A DNA stretch of 63,892 bases, counting the filler, from an uncultured bacterium (GTDB lineage: Bacteria > DAOPZR01): NCBI GenBank assembly GCA_964637655.1. It is 6 parts of 6 records of this genome, joined end to end, with 100 filler letters (N's around TTAATTAATTAA, not from the genome) between each part and the next. Parts side by side here need not be neighbours in the genome. Positions count along the whole stretch, not along the records: positions 1 to 10,892 come from CAZWUZ010000118.1; 5 more parts are not named here. One strand, given 5' to 3'. Positions 1 to 10,992 of this stretch are shown in pieces. How positions within the stretch are numbered: the stretch's first letter is position 1; the number at the start of each line of letters is the position of its first letter. A program made the translations under genes and the position numbers. The notes under the pieces were generated by a model. The model did not search any database. It saw only the letters and a program-made list of their open reading frames with translations, and was not told the origin of the DNA.

Positions 1-131
1 TAATGCATCCGCATCTTGCCCGAGATATGCGCCAGCACCACGTGCTTGTTGTCGAGTTCCACGCGAAACATCGCGTTGGGCAGGGTTTCCAGCACCTTGC
101 CGTCGACGGTAATCCCCTCTTCCTTCGCCAT
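1..131 (-). CDS. infA: Translation initiation factor IF-1 (3' end cut by window edge)
   Basis: Hand translation from ATG at 131: [43 protein letters not shown]..., a classic IF-1 sequence; follows map as in the spc operon. Not in the ORF track. Confidence 0.95.
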   Translation of the reverse strand, partial: MAKEEGITVDGKVLETLPNAMFRVELDNKHVVLAHISGKMRMH

Positions 132-144
132 TCCCGCTCCCTTA

Positions 145-906
145 TCAGTGCGCCGCGGTCAGTACGCGTGCCCCGTGCGCCGTTACCGCCAGCGTATGTT
201 CAAAATGCGCCGACCTGCTGCCGTCGGCGGTTACCACCGTCCAGTTGTCACCCAGCACCTTCGTCCGCCAGCCGCCGGTGTTGATCATCGGCTCGATGGC
301 GAGTACCATGCCGACCGCCAGCCGCGGCCCGTCGCCCGGGGTGCCGTAGTTCGGGATCTGCGGTTCTTCGTGCAGCGCCCGCCCGATCCCGTGTCCGACC
401 CACTCGCGCACGACGCTGAACCCCGCCAGCGTCGCCGTCGCCTCGATGGCGTGTGAGACGGTGCCGAGCGGTACACCCGGCCGCACCGCGGCAATCGCCG
501 CCGCCAGCGCCGCCTGCGTCACCTGCAGCAGCCGCTGTCCCTCTTCGTCCACCGTGCCCACCGGCACGGTCACCGCCGCGTCGCCGTACCAGCCGCCGAG
601 CCGCACCCCGACATCGATCGAGAGCAGGTCGCCGTCATGCAGTACCCGCGCCGCGGCCGGGATCCCGTGCACCACCTCGTTGTTGAGCGAGGCGCAGATG
701 GTGGCGGGGAATCCGTGGTAGCCGAGGAACGCCGGTTCGCCGCCGCGCCCGCGGATGATCTCCACCGCCGCCGTGTCCAGCGCCAGCGTGCTCACCCCCG
801 GCTGCGCCAGGCGTCCCAGCGTGGCCAGCACCTCACCGACAATCGCCCCGGCTGCCGCCATGGCGGCGATATCCGCCGTGCTGCGGATGGCGATCTTCTT
901 CGCCAT
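145..906 (-). CDS. map: Methionine aminopeptidase type I
   Basis: Motifs [42 protein letters not shown]; position after adk. Confidence 0.97.
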   Translation of the reverse strand: MAKKIAIRSTADIAAMAAAGAIVGEVLATLGRLAQPGVSTLALDTAAVEIIRGRGGEPAFLGYHGFPATICASLNNEVVHGIPAAARVLHDGDLLSIDVGVRLGGWYGDAAVTVPVGTVDEEGQRLLQVTQAALAAAIAAVRPGVPLGTVSHAIEATATLAGFSVVREWVGHGIGRALHEEPQIPNYGTPGDGPRLAVGMVLAIEPMINTGGWRTKVLGDNWTVVTADGSRSAHFEHTLAVTAHGARVLTAAH

Positions 907-1568
907 CAGCGGCGACCGGCGGCGAGCCGGTCGAGCACCTCCCGCAGCGCCGCCTGCACCTCGGCAATCGGCGCCGCCGCCGCGATATCGAACAACCTGC
1001 CGCTCTCCCGGTAGTAGGCGATCAGCGGCTGCGTTTGCGCCGCGTACGTCACCAGCCGGGCACGAATCGCGTCCTCGCTGTCATCACTACGCTGGTACAG
1101 CTCGCCGCCGCAGGCGGCGCACTGCGCCCCCCGCGCCGACGGGTTGAACGTCACATGGTAGGTCGCCCCGCACTGCCGGCAGACCCGCCGCCCGCCCAGA
1201 CGCACCACCACGTCCGCGTCCGGGACGACGAAGTTGATAACCCCGTCCAGCCGCTGCCCGAGTTCCGTCAGCAGCGCGTCCAACGCCTCCGCCTGCGGCA
1301 GCGTGCGCGGGAACCCGTCGAGCACGTAGCCGCCCGCACAGTCCGCCTGTGCCACACGCTCGCGCACCAGGCCGACGGTAACCTCGTCCGGCACCAGTCC
1401 GCCCGCGTCGATGCGCTTTTTCGCCTCGACCCCGAGCGGCGTTCCCGCAGCGATGGCCGCACGGAACATGTCGCCGGTCGAGATCTGCGGGATGCCGAGA
1501 CGTTCCGCCTCGACCCGCGCCTGCGTGCCCTTGCCCGCGCCGGGGGGGCCGAGAAAGACCAGCCGCAT
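906..1568 (-). CDS. adk: Adenylate kinase (Zn-binding lid)
   Basis: [11 protein letters not shown]-loop, LDGFPRT, lid CRQC...CAAC, QRSDD. Confidence 0.97.
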   Translation of the reverse strand: MRLVFLGPPGAGKGTQARVEAERLGIPQISTGDMFRAAIAAGTPLGVEAKKRIDAGGLVPDEVTVGLVRERVAQADCAGGYVLDGFPRTLPQAEALDALLTELGQRLDGVINFVVPDADVVVRLGGRRVCRQCGATYHVTFNPSARGAQCAACGGELYQRSDDSEDAIRARLVTYAAQTQPLIAYYRESGRLFDIAAAAPIAEVQAALREVLDRLAAGRR

Positions 1569-1578
1569 CGTTCCGCCC

Positions 1579-2913
1579 CTACCCGCGCCGGCCGCGCAGG
1601 CGGCCTGATTTCATGAACGACTCGTAGTGCCGCAACACCAGGTGCGACTCCATCTGCGACAGGGTGTCAAGTGCCACGCCGACAACGATGAGCAGCGCGG
1701 TGCCGCCGAAGTAGAACGGCGCCCCGAGCCGGTTGATCAGCAGCGTCGGCAGCAGCGAGATGAGCGCGACAAAAACCGCGCCGACCAGGGTAATGCGCGT
1801 CATCACGTACTCGATGTAGTCGGCGGTCGGCTTGCCCGGGCGCCGCCCGGGGACGAACCCGCCGTGCTTGCGCAGGTTCTCCGCCACATCGGTCGGGTTG
1901 AACGTCACCGCGGTGTAGAAGTAACAGAAGAAGACGATGAGCACGAAAAACGTCACGTTGTAAATCCACCCGTCATGCTGGAACTGATCGGCCAGTTCGA
2001 CCAGCCACGCCAGCGACGGGTTGTTGCCGGCAAAAAAGCGCACGATGGTGGCGGGGAACATCAGCAGCGAACTGGCGAAAATGACCGCGATAACCCCCGC
2101 GTAGTCGACCTTGAGCGGGAGGTGCGTGCTCTGCCCGCCATAGACCTTGTTGCCGCGCACCTGCTTGGCGTACGTCACCGGGATACGCCGCTGCCCCTGC
2201 TGCACGATGACCACCGCCGCGGTCACCAGCACGGTGAGCACACCGATGAACAGCGCCGTGAGCAGGTCGAGCTGCTGGCTGGCAACCTCGCGCCAGGTAT
2301 CAAGCAGCGCCGCCGGCAGCCGGTCGACGATGCCGACAAAAATCAGCAGCGAGATACCGTTGCCGATGCCGCGCTCGGTAATCTGCTCGCCCAGCCACAT
2401 CAGGAAGATCGTGCCTGTCACCAGGGTGAGCACGGTGACAAAATGGAACATCCCCGCGGGGATGTCCTGCGGCACCACGTAGGAGCCGTCACCCAGCTGC
2501 ATCGAACGCATCCACATCGACAGGGCCGAGCCCTGAATGCCCGCCAGCAGCACGGTGCCGTAGCGCGTGTACTTGGTAATCTGCCGCCGCCCTGCCTCGC
2601 CTTCCTTCGACAGTTTTTCCAGGAAAGGCACCACCGTGGTCAGCAGCTGCATGATGATCGACGCGCTGATGTAGGGCATGACCCCGAGCGCGGCGAGCGA
2701 CATGTTGAGGAAGGCGCCGCCCGAAAACATGTCCACCATGGCGAACAGCGTGTTGTCCGCCGACGCCATCAGCTGCGCCAGCGCCCCGGCATCGACGCCG
2801 GGCACCGTGATGTGCGCGCAGAGGCGGAAGATGGCGAGCATCCCCGCGGTAAAGAGCAGCCGCCGGCGCAGCTCCGGAATGCGCCAGCAGTTGAGCAGTG
2901 CTTCGAGCCGCAT
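1579..2913 (-). CDS. secY: Preprotein translocase SecY
   Basis: [54 protein letters not shown]. Confidence 0.98.
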   Translation of the reverse strand: MRLEALLNCWRIPELRRRLLFTAGMLAIFRLCAHITVPGVDAGALAQLMASADNTLFAMVDMFSGGAFLNMSLAALGVMPYISASIIMQLLTTVVPFLEKLSKEGEAGRRQITKYTRYGTVLLAGIQGSALSMWMRSMQLGDGSYVVPQDIPAGMFHFVTVLTLVTGTIFLMWLGEQITERGIGNGISLLIFVGIVDRLPAALLDTWREVASQQLDLLTALFIGVLTVLVTAAVVIVQQGQRRIPVTYAKQVRGNKVYGGQSTHLPLKVDYAGVIAVIFASSLLMFPATIVRFFAGNNPSLAWLVELADQFQHDGWIYNVTFFVLIVFFCYFYTAVTFNPTDVAENLRKHGGFVPGRRPGKPTADYIEYVMTRITLVGAVFVALISLLPTLLINRLGAPFYFGGTALLIVVGVALDTLSQMESHLVLRHYESFMKSGRLRGRRG

Positions 2914-3350
2914 CAGAGGACCGTGACCTTTCCGCCCGCCGCCTCGATTTTCTTCACCGCCGCCGCCGACGCCTTGTGCACCGTCACCTGCGCGTTCGCG
3001 GGTGCGTCACCGGTCGCCAGCAGTTTCACGCCGGCATGCGCGCGCTTCAGCAGCCCCTTCTCCTTCAGCGCCTCCGGGGTCACCGTGCCGCCGAGCTTCG
3101 CCAGCTGCCCGACATTGAGCAGCAGGAACTGGTCCTTCTGCGGGCGGTTGAACCCGCGCTTGGGCAGGCGCCGCTGCAGGGGCATCTGCCCCCCCTCGAA
3201 GCCGGTGCGTGAACTGTAGCCCGACCGCTGCCCGGCCCCCTTATGGCCGCGGGCCGACGTTTTGCCATGCCCCGACCCCATGCCGCGCCCGAGGCGCTTG
3301 CGCGAATGCCGCGTGCCGGGCGTCGCGCGCAGATCATGCAGTCTCATCAT
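2913..3350 (-). CDS. rplO: 50S ribosomal protein L15
   Basis: GRGMGSGHGKTSARGHKG, FEGGQMPLQRRLPKRGF. Confidence 0.97.
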   Translation of the reverse strand: MMRLHDLRATPGTRHSRKRLGRGMGSGHGKTSARGHKGAGQRSGYSSRTGFEGGQMPLQRRLPKRGFNRPQKDQFLLLNVGQLAKLGGTVTPEALKEKGLLKRAHAGVKLLATGDAPANAQVTVHKASAAAVKKIEAAGGKVTVL

Positions 3351-3927
3351 TCAGCTCCTCGTCCGCCACGGGTGCCGCCGCCGGGGCCGCCGTGTCACCG
3401 GCGACCTCGAACCCGAGCATATCCCGCACGGAAATGCCGCGCCGCGCGCCGATCTGCGCCGCGCTGCGCAGCGCCAGCAGCGCCTGCAGCGTCGCCCGCA
3501 CCGTGTTGAGCGGGTTGCGCGACCCGAAGCACTTGGTCAGGATGTCCTGGATGCCCGCCAGTTCGACGACGTTGCGCACCGCCATGCCGGCGATGATGCC
3601 GGTGCCGGGCGCCGCCGGGCGCAGCATGACTTTCGCCGCGCCGAACTTGCCGATGATGTTGTGCGGAATGGTCACGCCCGCGCGCGGCACCGTTATCATG
3701 TTTTTGCGCGCCTGCTTGCCCGCCTTGGCCAGCGCCTGCTGCACGTCGTTGGCCTTGCCCATGCCGACCCCGACCTTGCCGTTGCGGTCGCCAACCACCA
3801 GCATCGCGCTGAAGTTGAAGCGTCGGCCGCCCTTGACCACCTTGGCCACGCGGCGGATGAACACCGTCCGCTCTTCGAGCCCGTCGCTGTTTTCTTCGCG
3901 TTTCTTCCTGCGCTCTCTCTGCGCCAT
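3334..3927 (-). CDS. rpsE: 30S ribosomal protein S5
   Basis: RVAKVVKGGRRFNFSA, PAAPGTGIIAG; acidic/Ala-rich C-terminal tail overlapping rplO. Confidence 0.97.
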   Translation of the reverse strand: MAQRERRKKREENSDGLEERTVFIRRVAKVVKGGRRFNFSAMLVVGDRNGKVGVGMGKANDVQQALAKAGKQARKNMITVPRAGVTIPHNIIGKFGAAKVMLRPAAPGTGIIAGMAVRNVVELAGIQDILTKCFGSRNPLNTVRATLQALLALRSAAQIGARRGISVRDMLGFEVAGDTAAPAAAPVADEELNDETA

Positions 3928-3946
3928 GATCCTTCTCCCGTGCGCC

Positions 3947-4306
3947 CTAGAAATTCAGTCCCGCCGCGCGGGCCCCGTCCGCCACGGCCTTGACCCGGCC
4001 ATGGTACTGATACCCTGAGCGGTCGAACACCACCGCGATGATCCCCGCCGCCTTCGCCGCGGCGCCAAGCTCTTTGCCCAGCTGCTCCGCCGCCGGCACC
4101 GTCGCGCGGCTCTTGCCCGCGGGTGGCTCCAGTTTCTGCGTCGAGCGGCTCAGCAGGACGCGCCCCGCGCGGTCGTCGACGATGAACGCGTAGGTGTACT
4201 TGCCGCTCTTGTAGACCCCGAGCCGCGGGCGCTGCGCGCTGCCGCTCAGTTTCCGCCGCTGCGCCCGGTGCTTGCCCTGGCGCACTGCCTCTGTCGTCTT
4301 GCTCAT
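3947..4306 (-). CDS. rplR: 50S ribosomal protein L18
   Basis: RPRLGVYKS, VVFDRSGYQYHGRVKAVADGARAAGL. Confidence 0.96.
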   Translation of the reverse strand: MSKTTEAVRQGKHRAQRRKLSGSAQRPRLGVYKSGKYTYAFIVDDRAGRVLLSRSTQKLEPPAGKSRATVPAAEQLGKELGAAAKAAGIIAVVFDRSGYQYHGRVKAVADGARAAGLNF

Positions 4307-4309
4307 ACC

Positions 4310-4846
4310 CTACACGCCTTTCTTGACTTCCTTGCGCCTGATATGCTCGTTCACGTAGCGGATCCCGGCCCCCTGGTACGGCTCGGGGGGGCGGATCTTG
4401 CGCAGTTTGGCCGCCGTGTCGCCCACCTGCTGCTTGTCGATGCCGCTGACCGAGAAATGCGTCGCGTCCGTGACGGTGAGCTCCATCCCCGCCACCGGCT
4501 CGACCACCACCGGCTGGGAAAACCCGACGCTCAGCGACAGGTTCTTCCCCTTGAGTTCCACCTTCCACCCCTTGCCGTGGATCTCGAGGTCCTTGCGGTA
4601 GGGCTGCACGACCCCGGCCACCATGTTGGCGATGGTCGCCCGCGTCAGCCCGTGCAGCGCGCGCACCGCCTTGCTGTCACTGCTGCGCGTCACCGTCACC
4701 TGCCGGTCCGCCACCGCGACACTGATGCCCGCGGGCACGGTGAACTGCAGTTCGCCTTTCGGCCCCTTGACCGTCACCGTCCCGCTGGCGACCACCACCG
4801 TCACCTTGTCCGGGATACCGACGGGCTGTTTACCGATTCGTGACAT
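4310..4846 (-). CDS. rplF: 50S ribosomal protein L6
   Basis: MSRIGKQP, VKGPKGEL, RPPEPYQGAGIRY. Confidence 0.96.
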   Translation of the reverse strand: MSRIGKQPVGIPDKVTVVVASGTVTVKGPKGELQFTVPAGISVAVADRQVTVTRSSDSKAVRALHGLTRATIANMVAGVVQPYRKDLEIHGKGWKVELKGKNLSLSVGFSQPVVVEPVAGMELTVTDATHFSVSGIDKQQVGDTAAKLRKIRPPEPYQGAGIRYVNEHIRRKEVKKGV

Positions 4847-4864
4847 AATCCTCGCCTCCTCCGC

Positions 4865-5260
4865 CTACCACACGTAACAGAGGATTTCTCCTCCGACCAT
4901 CTGCCGCCGCGCTTCGCGGTCGGTCATGACACCCCGGGGCGTCGACACAATGGCAATGCCCAGGCCGTTCATCACGCGCGGCAGGTCACGGTAGCCGGCG
5001 TAGTTGCGGCACCCCGGCTTGCTCACGCGCTGCACGCCCGTCAGCACGCGCCCGTCTGTCTCGTCATAGCGCAGGTACAGGCGCAGCGCTCCCTGTTTCG
5101 CGTCCTTGATGATCTTGAAGGCCTTGATGAAGCCCTCTTTCTTCAGGACCTTGGCGATCTCCACCTTCAGTTTCGACGCCGGGATGCTCACCGTCGCCTG
5201 GCGCGCGCTGTTCGCGTTGCGCAACCTGGTCAGCATGTCCGCAATCGGATCGGTATTCAC
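4865..5260 (-). CDS. rpsH: 30S ribosomal protein S8
   Basis: DPIADMLTRLRNA, RVSKPG, GIAIVSTPRGVMT, GGEILCYVW. Confidence 0.97.
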   Translation of the reverse strand: MNTDPIADMLTRLRNANSARQATVSIPASKLKVEIAKVLKKEGFIKAFKIIKDAKQGALRLYLRYDETDGRVLTGVQRVSKPGCRNYAGYRDLPRVMNGLGIAIVSTPRGVMTDREARRQMVGGEILCYVW

Positions 5261-5276
5261 CGTTTCTCTCCTCCTC

Positions 5277-5462
5277 CTACCAGCTGGCCTTCACGACGCC
5301 CGGGAGCAAGCCCTGGTGCGCCATCTGGCGGAAACAGATACGACACAGGCGGAACTTGCGGAGGTACGCCCGCCGCCGCCCGCAGCGTTCACAGCGATTA
5401 TACGCGCGGACCTTGTACTTCGGTTCGGCCTTGGCTTTGTTGCGCAATGCTTTCGTCGTCAC
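5277..5462 (-). CDS. rpsN: 30S ribosomal protein S14, short zinc-binding (type Z) form
   Basis: GTG start at 5462 gives 61 aa; [11 protein letters not shown]...CRICFR...LPGVVKASW (two CxxC). Confidence 0.95.
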   Translation of the reverse strand: MTTKALRNKAKAEPKYKVRAYNRCERCGRRRAYLRKFRLCRICFRQMAHQGLLPGVVKASW

Positions 5463-5475
5463 GGTCGCGTTCTCC

Positions 5476-6018
5476 TCACTTCTTTTTGGCGAAGGGCATG
5501 CCGAGCGCCGCCAGCAGCGCGCGCCCTTCGTCATCCGTCTGCGCCGTCGTCACGAACGTGATGTTCATCCCGCGCAGCTTGTCCACCTTGTCGAAATCGA
5601 TCTCGGGGAAAATGATCTGCTCGCGCAGCCCGAGCGTGTAGTTGCCATTGCCGTCGCCGCCCGCCGGCACGCCGCGGAAGTCGCGCACGCGCGGCAGCGC
5701 CACGTTGAACAGGCGGTCGCAGAACTCGTACATGCGGGCGCCGCGCAGCGTCACGCTGCAGCCGATCGCCGCCCCCGCCTGCAGCTTGAAGTTGGCGATC
5801 GCCTTGCGCGCCTTGCGGATCACCGGTTTCTGCCCGGTGATCGCCGTCAGGTCGGCCACCGCCGCCTCCAGCCGCTTGGCGTCCTGCAGCGCCTCGCCCA
5901 CCCCGATGTTGACCACGACCTTGACCAGTCGCGGCACCTGGTTGACGTTGCCGTACTTGAACTGTTCACGCAGCGCCGGCACCACTGCCGCGCGATAGGT
6001 ATCTTTCAGCCGAGCCAT
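5476..6018 (-). CDS. rplE: 50S ribosomal protein L5
   Basis: [37 protein letters not shown]. Confidence 0.97.
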   Translation of the reverse strand: MARLKDTYRAAVVPALREQFKYGNVNQVPRLVKVVVNIGVGEALQDAKRLEAAVADLTAITGQKPVIRKARKAIANFKLQAGAAIGCSVTLRGARMYEFCDRLFNVALPRVRDFRGVPAGGDGNGNYTLGLREQIIFPEIDFDKVDKLRGMNITFVTTAQTDDEGRALLAALGMPFAKKK

Positions 6019-6031
6019 AGTTGCTCTCCCC

Positions 6032-6340
6032 TCACACGATCTCGCCGCAGGCGCGGCACAGACGGCGTCCGGCGCCGTCTTCGCCGCGCTGCCGCCGCGG
6101 GCGCATCTTCACCCCGCACTTGGGGCAGACGAGCATGAGGGCGGAGAGCGGCAGCGCCGCTTCCTTCTCGATAATCCCCCCCTGCTGGTTGCGCGCGCTG
6201 GGGCGCTCGTGGCGCTTGATCAGGTTGACCTTCTCGACCACGGCCCGGCTCGAAGCGCGCAGCACCTTGAGCACGCGCCCGGTCTTGCCCTTTTCGCGGC
6301 CGCTCAGCACCGCTACCGTGTCGTTCTTGCGGATCTGCAT
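6032..6340 (-). CDS. rplX: 50S ribosomal protein L24
   Basis: [22 protein letters not shown] motif, GGIIEKEA, CxxC...CxxC. Confidence 0.96.
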   Translation of the reverse strand: MQIRKNDTVAVLSGREKGKTGRVLKVLRASSRAVVEKVNLIKRHERPSARNQQGGIIEKEAALPLSALMLVCPKCGVKMRPRRQRGEDGAGRRLCRACGEIV

Positions 6341-6352
6341 GTTGCCCGTCCC

Positions 6353-6721
6353 CTACACCACTTCGGGTGCCAGCGAGATGATTTTCATAAAATTCTTCGC
6401 GCGCAGTTCGCGGGCCACCGGCCCGAAGATGCGCGTGCCGCGCGGCTCGTCATCGTTGTTCAGCAGCACTGCCGCGTTGTCATCGAAACGGATGGTCGTG
6501 CCGTCGGCGCGCCGCAACTCCTTGCGGCAGCGCACCACCACCGCGCGCACCACGTCACCCTTCTTTACCTGCGCCTCGGGATTGGCGCTCTTGACCGCGG
6601 CGATGATGCGGTCGCCCACCGAGCCGTAGCGGCGGTTGCCGCCGCCGAGCACGCGGATGACCAGCACCTCGCGCGCCCCCGAGTTGTCGGCCACGACGAG
6701 CCGGGATTCCTGCTGGATCAT
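6353..6721 (-). CDS. rplN: 50S ribosomal protein L14
   Basis: [42 protein letters not shown]. Confidence 0.98.
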   Translation of the reverse strand: MIQQESRLVVADNSGAREVLVIRVLGGGNRRYGSVGDRIIAAVKSANPEAQVKKGDVVRAVVVRCRKELRRADGTTIRFDDNAAVLLNNDDEPRGTRIFGPVARELRAKNFMKIISLAPEVV

Positions 6722-6724
6722 GGC

Positions 6725-7006
6725 TTACTTCCCCTCTCCGGCGTCCGTCGCGCGGTGCACCACCGCGACCAGGCGCCAGCGCTTGGTCTTCGACAGCGGG
6801 CGCGTCGCCGCCACCCGCACCGTGTCGCCGGCGCGGGCCGCGCGCTGCTCGTCGTGCGCCTTGACGTACGTCCGCGCGCGCACGCGCTTGCCGTACTGCG
6901 GATGTGCCCGCAGCGTTTCGAGCACCACCGTGATCGTCTTGTCCATGCGCGCACTGGTCACCGTGCCGGTAAGCTCCTTGCGCGCCTTCGCCTGCGTTGC
7001 CGTCAT
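6725..7006 (-). CDS. rpsQ: 30S ribosomal protein S17
   Basis: [23 protein letters not shown]. Confidence 0.96.
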   Translation of the reverse strand: MTATQAKARKELTGTVTSARMDKTITVVLETLRAHPQYGKRVRARTYVKAHDEQRAARAGDTVRVAATRPLSKTKRWRLVAVVHRATDAGEGK

Positions 7007-7010
7007 ACCC

Positions 7011-7211
7011 TCACCCCTTCGCCTGCTGCCGTTCGCGCAGCAGCGTCAGACAGGCAGCAATCTCCTTGCGCAGCAAGCGGACGCGGTGCGGCTGCTGCAG
7101 CGGTGTCACGCTCGCCGCAAAGCGCAGATTGAACAGCGCCGTCTCGTTGTCCGTGACCTTCTGCTGCAGTTCCGTGTCGCTCAATTCCCGCAGTTTCGCG
7201 TGCCGCTTCAT
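7011..7211 (-). CDS. rpmC: 50S ribosomal protein L29
   Basis: LRELSDTEL...LFNLRF...RKEIA; between rplP and rpsQ. Confidence 0.93.
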   Translation of the reverse strand: MKRHAKLRELSDTELQQKVTDNETALFNLRFAASVTPLQQPHRVRLLRKEIAACLTLLRERQQAKG

Positions 7212-7636
7212 GCCTGTCCTCCCCCGCTGCGCCGCTGGGCGACGAAGCGCACCGGCAGCGGCAGCTTGTGCGCCGCCAGGCGCATCGCCTCCTGCGCCTC
7301 ACTGCGGCTGACCCCCGACACCTCGAAGAGGATGCGCCCGCGCTTGACCGCCGCCAGGTACCCCTCCGGCGCGCCCTTGCCCTTGCCCATGCGGGTCTCG
7401 GCCGGTTTGCGCGTGTACGGCTTGTCGGGGAAGATACGGATCCAGATCTTGCCGTTGCGCTTGAGAAACCGCGTCAGCGCCACGCGCGCCGCCTCGATCT
7501 GCCGCGCGAAAATCCAGCCGTTCTCCATCACCTTGAGCCCGTACTCACCGAACTCGATGGTGTAGCCCCCCGCGGCCTTGCCGCGGTTGCGTCCCTTCAT
7601 CTGCTTGCGGAACTTGGTCCGTTTCGGCATCAGCAT
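7208..7636 (-). CDS. rplP: 50S ribosomal protein L16
   Basis: [31 protein letters not shown]. Confidence 0.98.
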   Translation of the reverse strand: MLMPKRTKFRKQMKGRNRGKAAGGYTIEFGEYGLKVMENGWIFARQIEAARVALTRFLKRNGKIWIRIFPDKPYTRKPAETRMGKGKGAPEGYLAAVKRGRILFEVSGVSRSEAQEAMRLAAHKLPLPVRFVAQRRSGGGQA

Positions 7637-7642
7637 GGTCGT

Positions 7643-8329
7643 CTACTCCTGCACCGCGTCCGCGGCCGTGCTCACCGCCGCCGGCGCTTCGGGCAGCACT
7701 TCCCCGAGGAAGATCCACACCTTGATCCCGATGCGGCCGTACTTGGTGTTCGCCTCGGAGAGGGCGTAATCGATCTGCGCGCGCAGCGTGTGCAGCGGAA
7801 CCCGACCGTCGCGCAGCCACTCGGTGCGCGCAATTTCGGCGCCGCCGAGACGGCCCGCACACATCACCTTGATGCCCAGTGCCCCCGCCTTCATCGTGCT
7901 CTGGATGGCCTGGCGCATGGCGCGGCGGAAGGGGATGCGCTTCTCCAGCTGGCTGGCGATCTGATAGCCGACCAGCTGCGCATTCAGTTCCGGGCGCCCG
8001 ATCTCGTCGATGTCGATCTTGATGTCGCGCTTCTCCAGCCCCGTCACCTTCTTCAGCTTCTTGACCAGTTCCTCGATCTGCGCGCCCTTCTTGCCGATAA
8101 CGATGCCCGGGCGCGAGGTGTGGATGATCACGTTGACGCGATTGGTGTAGCGCTCGATGCTGAGCTTGGCCACGCCGCTGTCCGGCAATGCCGCCAGCAG
8201 CAGCTTGCGGATGGCGAGGTCCTCGACCAGCCGCCGCCCGTATTCCTTCTTGCGCGTCGCGAACCAGCGGCTGTCCCATGTTTCGATGATGCCCAGCCGC
8301 AGACCGCGCGGATGTACTTTCTGTCCCAC
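7643..8329 (-). CDS. rpsC: 30S ribosomal protein S3
   Basis: [42 protein letters not shown]. Confidence 0.98.
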   Translation of the reverse strand: MGQKVHPRGLRLGIIETWDSRWFATRKKEYGRRLVEDLAIRKLLLAALPDSGVAKLSIERYTNRVNVIIHTSRPGIVIGKKGAQIEELVKKLKKVTGLEKRDIKIDIDEIGRPELNAQLVGYQIASQLEKRIPFRRAMRQAIQSTMKAGALGIKVMCAGRLGGAEIARTEWLRDGRVPLHTLRAQIDYALSEANTKYGRIGIKVWIFLGEVLPEAPAAVSTAADAVQE

Positions 8330-8333
8330 CGTC

Positions 8334-8735
8334 CTACTCCTTCCCGCCGGCGGTCTTCGCCGCCGCCGCCTTCGCCGCGCGCGCGCGCTTGGCCCGCGCC
8401 TTCGCGTCGCTCACCACCACCGTCACCGAACTGGTCCGGCGGCGGATGCGCCCGGCGCGGCCCATCGACATCGGGCGATAGCGCTTGAGCATCGGCCCCT
8501 GGTTGACCCAGGCACCGCTGATCACCAGGTCGTCGCTGACGACCTTCTTGTCGAGCACCGCGGCATTGGCTGCCGCCGCGTGCACCAGCTTGTAGAGAAT
8601 CGCCGCCCCGCGCGTCGCATGGTACTTGAGCACCGGCAGCGACTCGCCCACCGTTTTGCCCTTGACCAGCGCCAGCACCTTGCGCAGTTTGCGCGGCCCG
8701 CTGCGCGTGTTCTTGAGTGTCGCCCGCACTTCCAT
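8334..8735 (-). CDS. rplV: 50S ribosomal protein L22
   Basis: [33 protein letters not shown]; Ala/Lys-rich C-tail. Confidence 0.95.
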   Translation of the reverse strand: MEVRATLKNTRSGPRKLRKVLALVKGKTVGESLPVLKYHATRGAAILYKLVHAAAANAAVLDKKVVSDDLVISGAWVNQGPMLKRYRPMSMGRAGRIRRRTSSVTVVVSDAKARAKRARAAKAAAAKTAGGKE

Positions 8736-8746
8736 CGCCGCTCTCC

Positions 8747-9028
8747 TTATTTCGCCTCGGTCTTCTCGCCGCGCTTGCTGTGTGCCTTGAAGGTGCGCGT
8801 CGGCGCGAATTCACCGAGCTTGTGTCCGACCATGTTCTCGGTGACGTAGACCGGGATGAACTTGCGGCCGTTGTGCACCGCAAAGGTGTGCCCGACGAAC
8901 TCGGGCACGATGGTCGAGCGCCGCGACCACGTCTTCACCATTGTCTTCTCGCCCGCCTGCTCCAGTTTCTCCACCTTGCGCAGCAGGTGGTCGTCCACGA
9001 ACGGGCCCTTTTTTATCGAACGCGTCAT
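8747..9028 (-). CDS. rpsS: 30S ribosomal protein S19
   Basis: [30 protein letters not shown]. Confidence 0.98.
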   Translation of the reverse strand: MTRSIKKGPFVDDHLLRKVEKLEQAGEKTMVKTWSRRSTIVPEFVGHTFAVHNGRKFIPVYVTENMVGHKLGEFAPTRTFKAHSKRGEKTEAK

Positions 9029-9043
9029 CGTTCCACTCCCCTT

Positions 9044-9880
9044 TTAGGACTTCTTCGCTGCGTGCCGCCGCCGGACGATGAAGCGCCCGGTGCGCTTGGT
9101 GCGCCGCGTCTTGTATCCCTTGGCCGGCTGCCCCCACGGTGAACAGGGATGCCGTCCGCCCGAGGTTTTCCCCTCGCCGCCGCCCATCGGGTGGTCGACC
9201 GGGTTGCGCACCACGCCGCGCACGTGCGGGCGCACGCCGAGGAACCGCTTGCGCCCCGCCTTGCCCCAGCTGATGTTCTGGTAGTCGAGGTTGCCCACCT
9301 GGCCGATGGTGGCGCGGCAGTCAAGATGCACCAGCCGCGTCTCTTTGGACGGCAGCACGACGTAGGCGTACGTGCCCTCTTTGGCCAGCAGCTGCGCCTG
9401 CGTCCCGGCCGCGCGGCAGAGTCGCGCCCCGCCGCCCACCTGCAGTTCGATCGCGTGCACCATGGTGCCGACCGGAATGTCACGCAGCGGCAGGGTGTTT
9501 CCCGGTTTGACGTCGCTGCTCGCCCCGCTCACCACCGTGTCGCCGACCTTGAGGCCGAGCGGCGCGACGATGTAGCGTTTTTCCCCGTCCGCGTAGTGCA
9601 ACAGCGCGAGATTGGCGTTGCGGTTCGGGTCGCGGTCGATGGCGGCCACCCGCGCCGGCACCCCGTCCTTGCGCCGCGTGTAGTCGACAAAGCGGTACTT
9701 GCGCTTCGCCGCGCCGCCGCGGTAGCGAACCGTCACCCGCCCCTGGTTGTTGCGGCCGTGCAGCCGCTGCCGACCGCGCATCAGCGACGGTTCGCCGCCG
9801 CCGCGCGTGACTTCCTCGCGCACCAGGTTGATCTGTCCCCGCCGTGCCGGCGAGGTCGGTTTCGTTTTCTTCAGTGCCAT
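9044..9880 (-). CDS. rplB: 50S ribosomal protein L2
   Basis: [34 protein letters not shown]. Confidence 0.98.
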   Translation of the reverse strand: MALKKTKPTSPARRGQINLVREEVTRGGGEPSLMRGRQRLHGRNNQGRVTVRYRGGAAKRKYRFVDYTRRKDGVPARVAAIDRDPNRNANLALLHYADGEKRYIVAPLGLKVGDTVVSGASSDVKPGNTLPLRDIPVGTMVHAIELQVGGGARLCRAAGTQAQLLAKEGTYAYVVLPSKETRLVHLDCRATIGQVGNLDYQNISWGKAGRKRFLGVRPHVRGVVRNPVDHPMGGGEGKTSGGRHPCSPWGQPAKGYKTRRTKRTGRFIVRRRHAAKKS

Positions 9881-9893
9881 CGTCCGGCTCCCG

Positions 9894-10178
9894 TCAGACC
9901 GCCTCGTAATTGGCGATGGTCTGGCCTGCCTGCAGCGTCACCACCGCCTTCTTCTTCGCCGCGGTCATGCCGTAATGCAGCCGCACCCGTCGCAGTTTCC
10001 CCGGCCGGCGCAACATCCGCACCTCGGTAACCTTCACCTTGAACTGCTGCTCCACCGCCTGGCGCACGGCAATCTTCGTCGCATCGGCCGCCACCTCGAA
10101 CACGTACTGGTTATGCGCCTCGCGCAAACGCGTCCCCTTCTCGGTGATCAGCGGCGCGATCAGAACCCGCTTGCTCAT
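9894..10178 (-). CDS. rplW: 50S ribosomal protein L23
   Basis: [24 protein letters not shown]. Confidence 0.96.
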   Translation of the reverse strand: MSKRVLIAPLITEKGTRLREAHNQYVFEVAADATKIAVRQAVEQQFKVKVTEVRMLRRPGKLRRVRLHYGMTAAKKKAVVTLQAGQTIANYEAV

Positions 10179-10798
10179 TTCCGCACCTCGCCCAGCTGGG
10201 TCAGCGCCGCCGGCGTGAACACAATCAGCCGCGCCCTGACAATATCATAGACGTTGAGCCCCTCCGCGGGGAGCGCGGTCACCTCCGGCAGGTTGCGCGC
10301 CGACTTGAGCAGGTTGACTTCCCCCGTCGCCGCCACCAGCAGCACCGTTTCCTCCGCCCCCATCGCCTGCAGGGCCGCGGCCAGCGCTTTCGTCGACGGC
10401 TTGGCCGCCGCCGCCGGTTCGTACACCGCGATCATCCCCTCCGCCGCGCGCTGGCGCAGCGCCGAGACCAGCGCCGTCCGCCGCACCTTGTGCGGCAGGG
10501 CGTAGCCGTAGTCGCGCGGTGACGGCCCCCAGGCACGGCCGCCGTGGCGGAACTGCACCGCCCGCGTCGCCCCCTGCCGGGCATTGCCCGTCCCCTTCTG
10601 CTTGTACGGCTTCTTGCCGGAGCCGCTCACTTCGGCCCGCGTCTTGACCTTGTGCGTGCCGGCCCGGCGCGACGCGCGCTGCCACTGCACCGTCGCGTGC
10701 ACCGTGCGCAGGTTGACCCCGCCATCCCACAGTTCACCGCTCAGTTCGCGCTCGCCCGCGGGCTTGCCCGCGCTGTCGTAGTTCTTGACCTTCGCCAT
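10175..10798 (-). CDS. rplD: 50S ribosomal protein L4
   Basis: GTHKVKTRAEVSGSGKKPYKQKGTGNARQG, KSARNLP, LNVYD. Confidence 0.97.
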   Translation of the reverse strand: MAKVKNYDSAGKPAGERELSGELWDGGVNLRTVHATVQWQRASRRAGTHKVKTRAEVSGSGKKPYKQKGTGNARQGATRAVQFRHGGRAWGPSPRDYGYALPHKVRRTALVSALRQRAAEGMIAVYEPAAAAKPSTKALAAALQAMGAEETVLLVAATGEVNLLKSARNLPEVTALPAEGLNVYDIVRARLIVFTPAALTQLGEVRK

Positions 10799-10810
10799 CG
10801 TCAGTCCCCT

Positions 10811-10892
10811 TTACTTCTTCGCCTTGGCCGGCGCCGCGGCCTTGGTGCGCCGTACCGTCGGCCGCACCGCGATAAGCGTCCGCGCCGCGCCC
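10811..10892 (-). CDS. rplC: 50S ribosomal protein L3, C-terminal fragment (5' part lost at contig end)
   Basis: Reads GAARTLIAVRPTVRRTKAAAPAKAKK-stop directly upstream of rplD, the canonical rplC position. Confidence 0.75.
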
Positions 10893-10992
10893 NNNNNNNN
10901 NNNNNNNNNNNNNNNNNNNNNNNNNNNNNNNNNNNNTTAATTAATTAANNNNNNNNNNNNNNNNNNNNNNNNNNNNNNNNNNNNNNNNNNNN
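10893..10992. other. Artificial contig linker (N44-TTAATTAATTAA-N44)
   Basis: N runs around a six-frame stop sequence. Confidence 0.99.

Noticed and set aside
1627-3219. Long antisense/alternative-frame ORFs (e.g. 1627-3219 +, 25928-27940 -, 40112-42910 -, 49918-51573 -)
   Set aside because: Shadows of real genes caused by high GC3; no motifs, and Arg/Gln/His-biased composition
10893-10992. TTAATTAATTAA palindromes within N runs, recurring five times
   Set aside because: Artificial contig-joining linkers. ORF tails ending XXXXLIN are artefacts, and genes on different contigs cannot be treated as neighbours.
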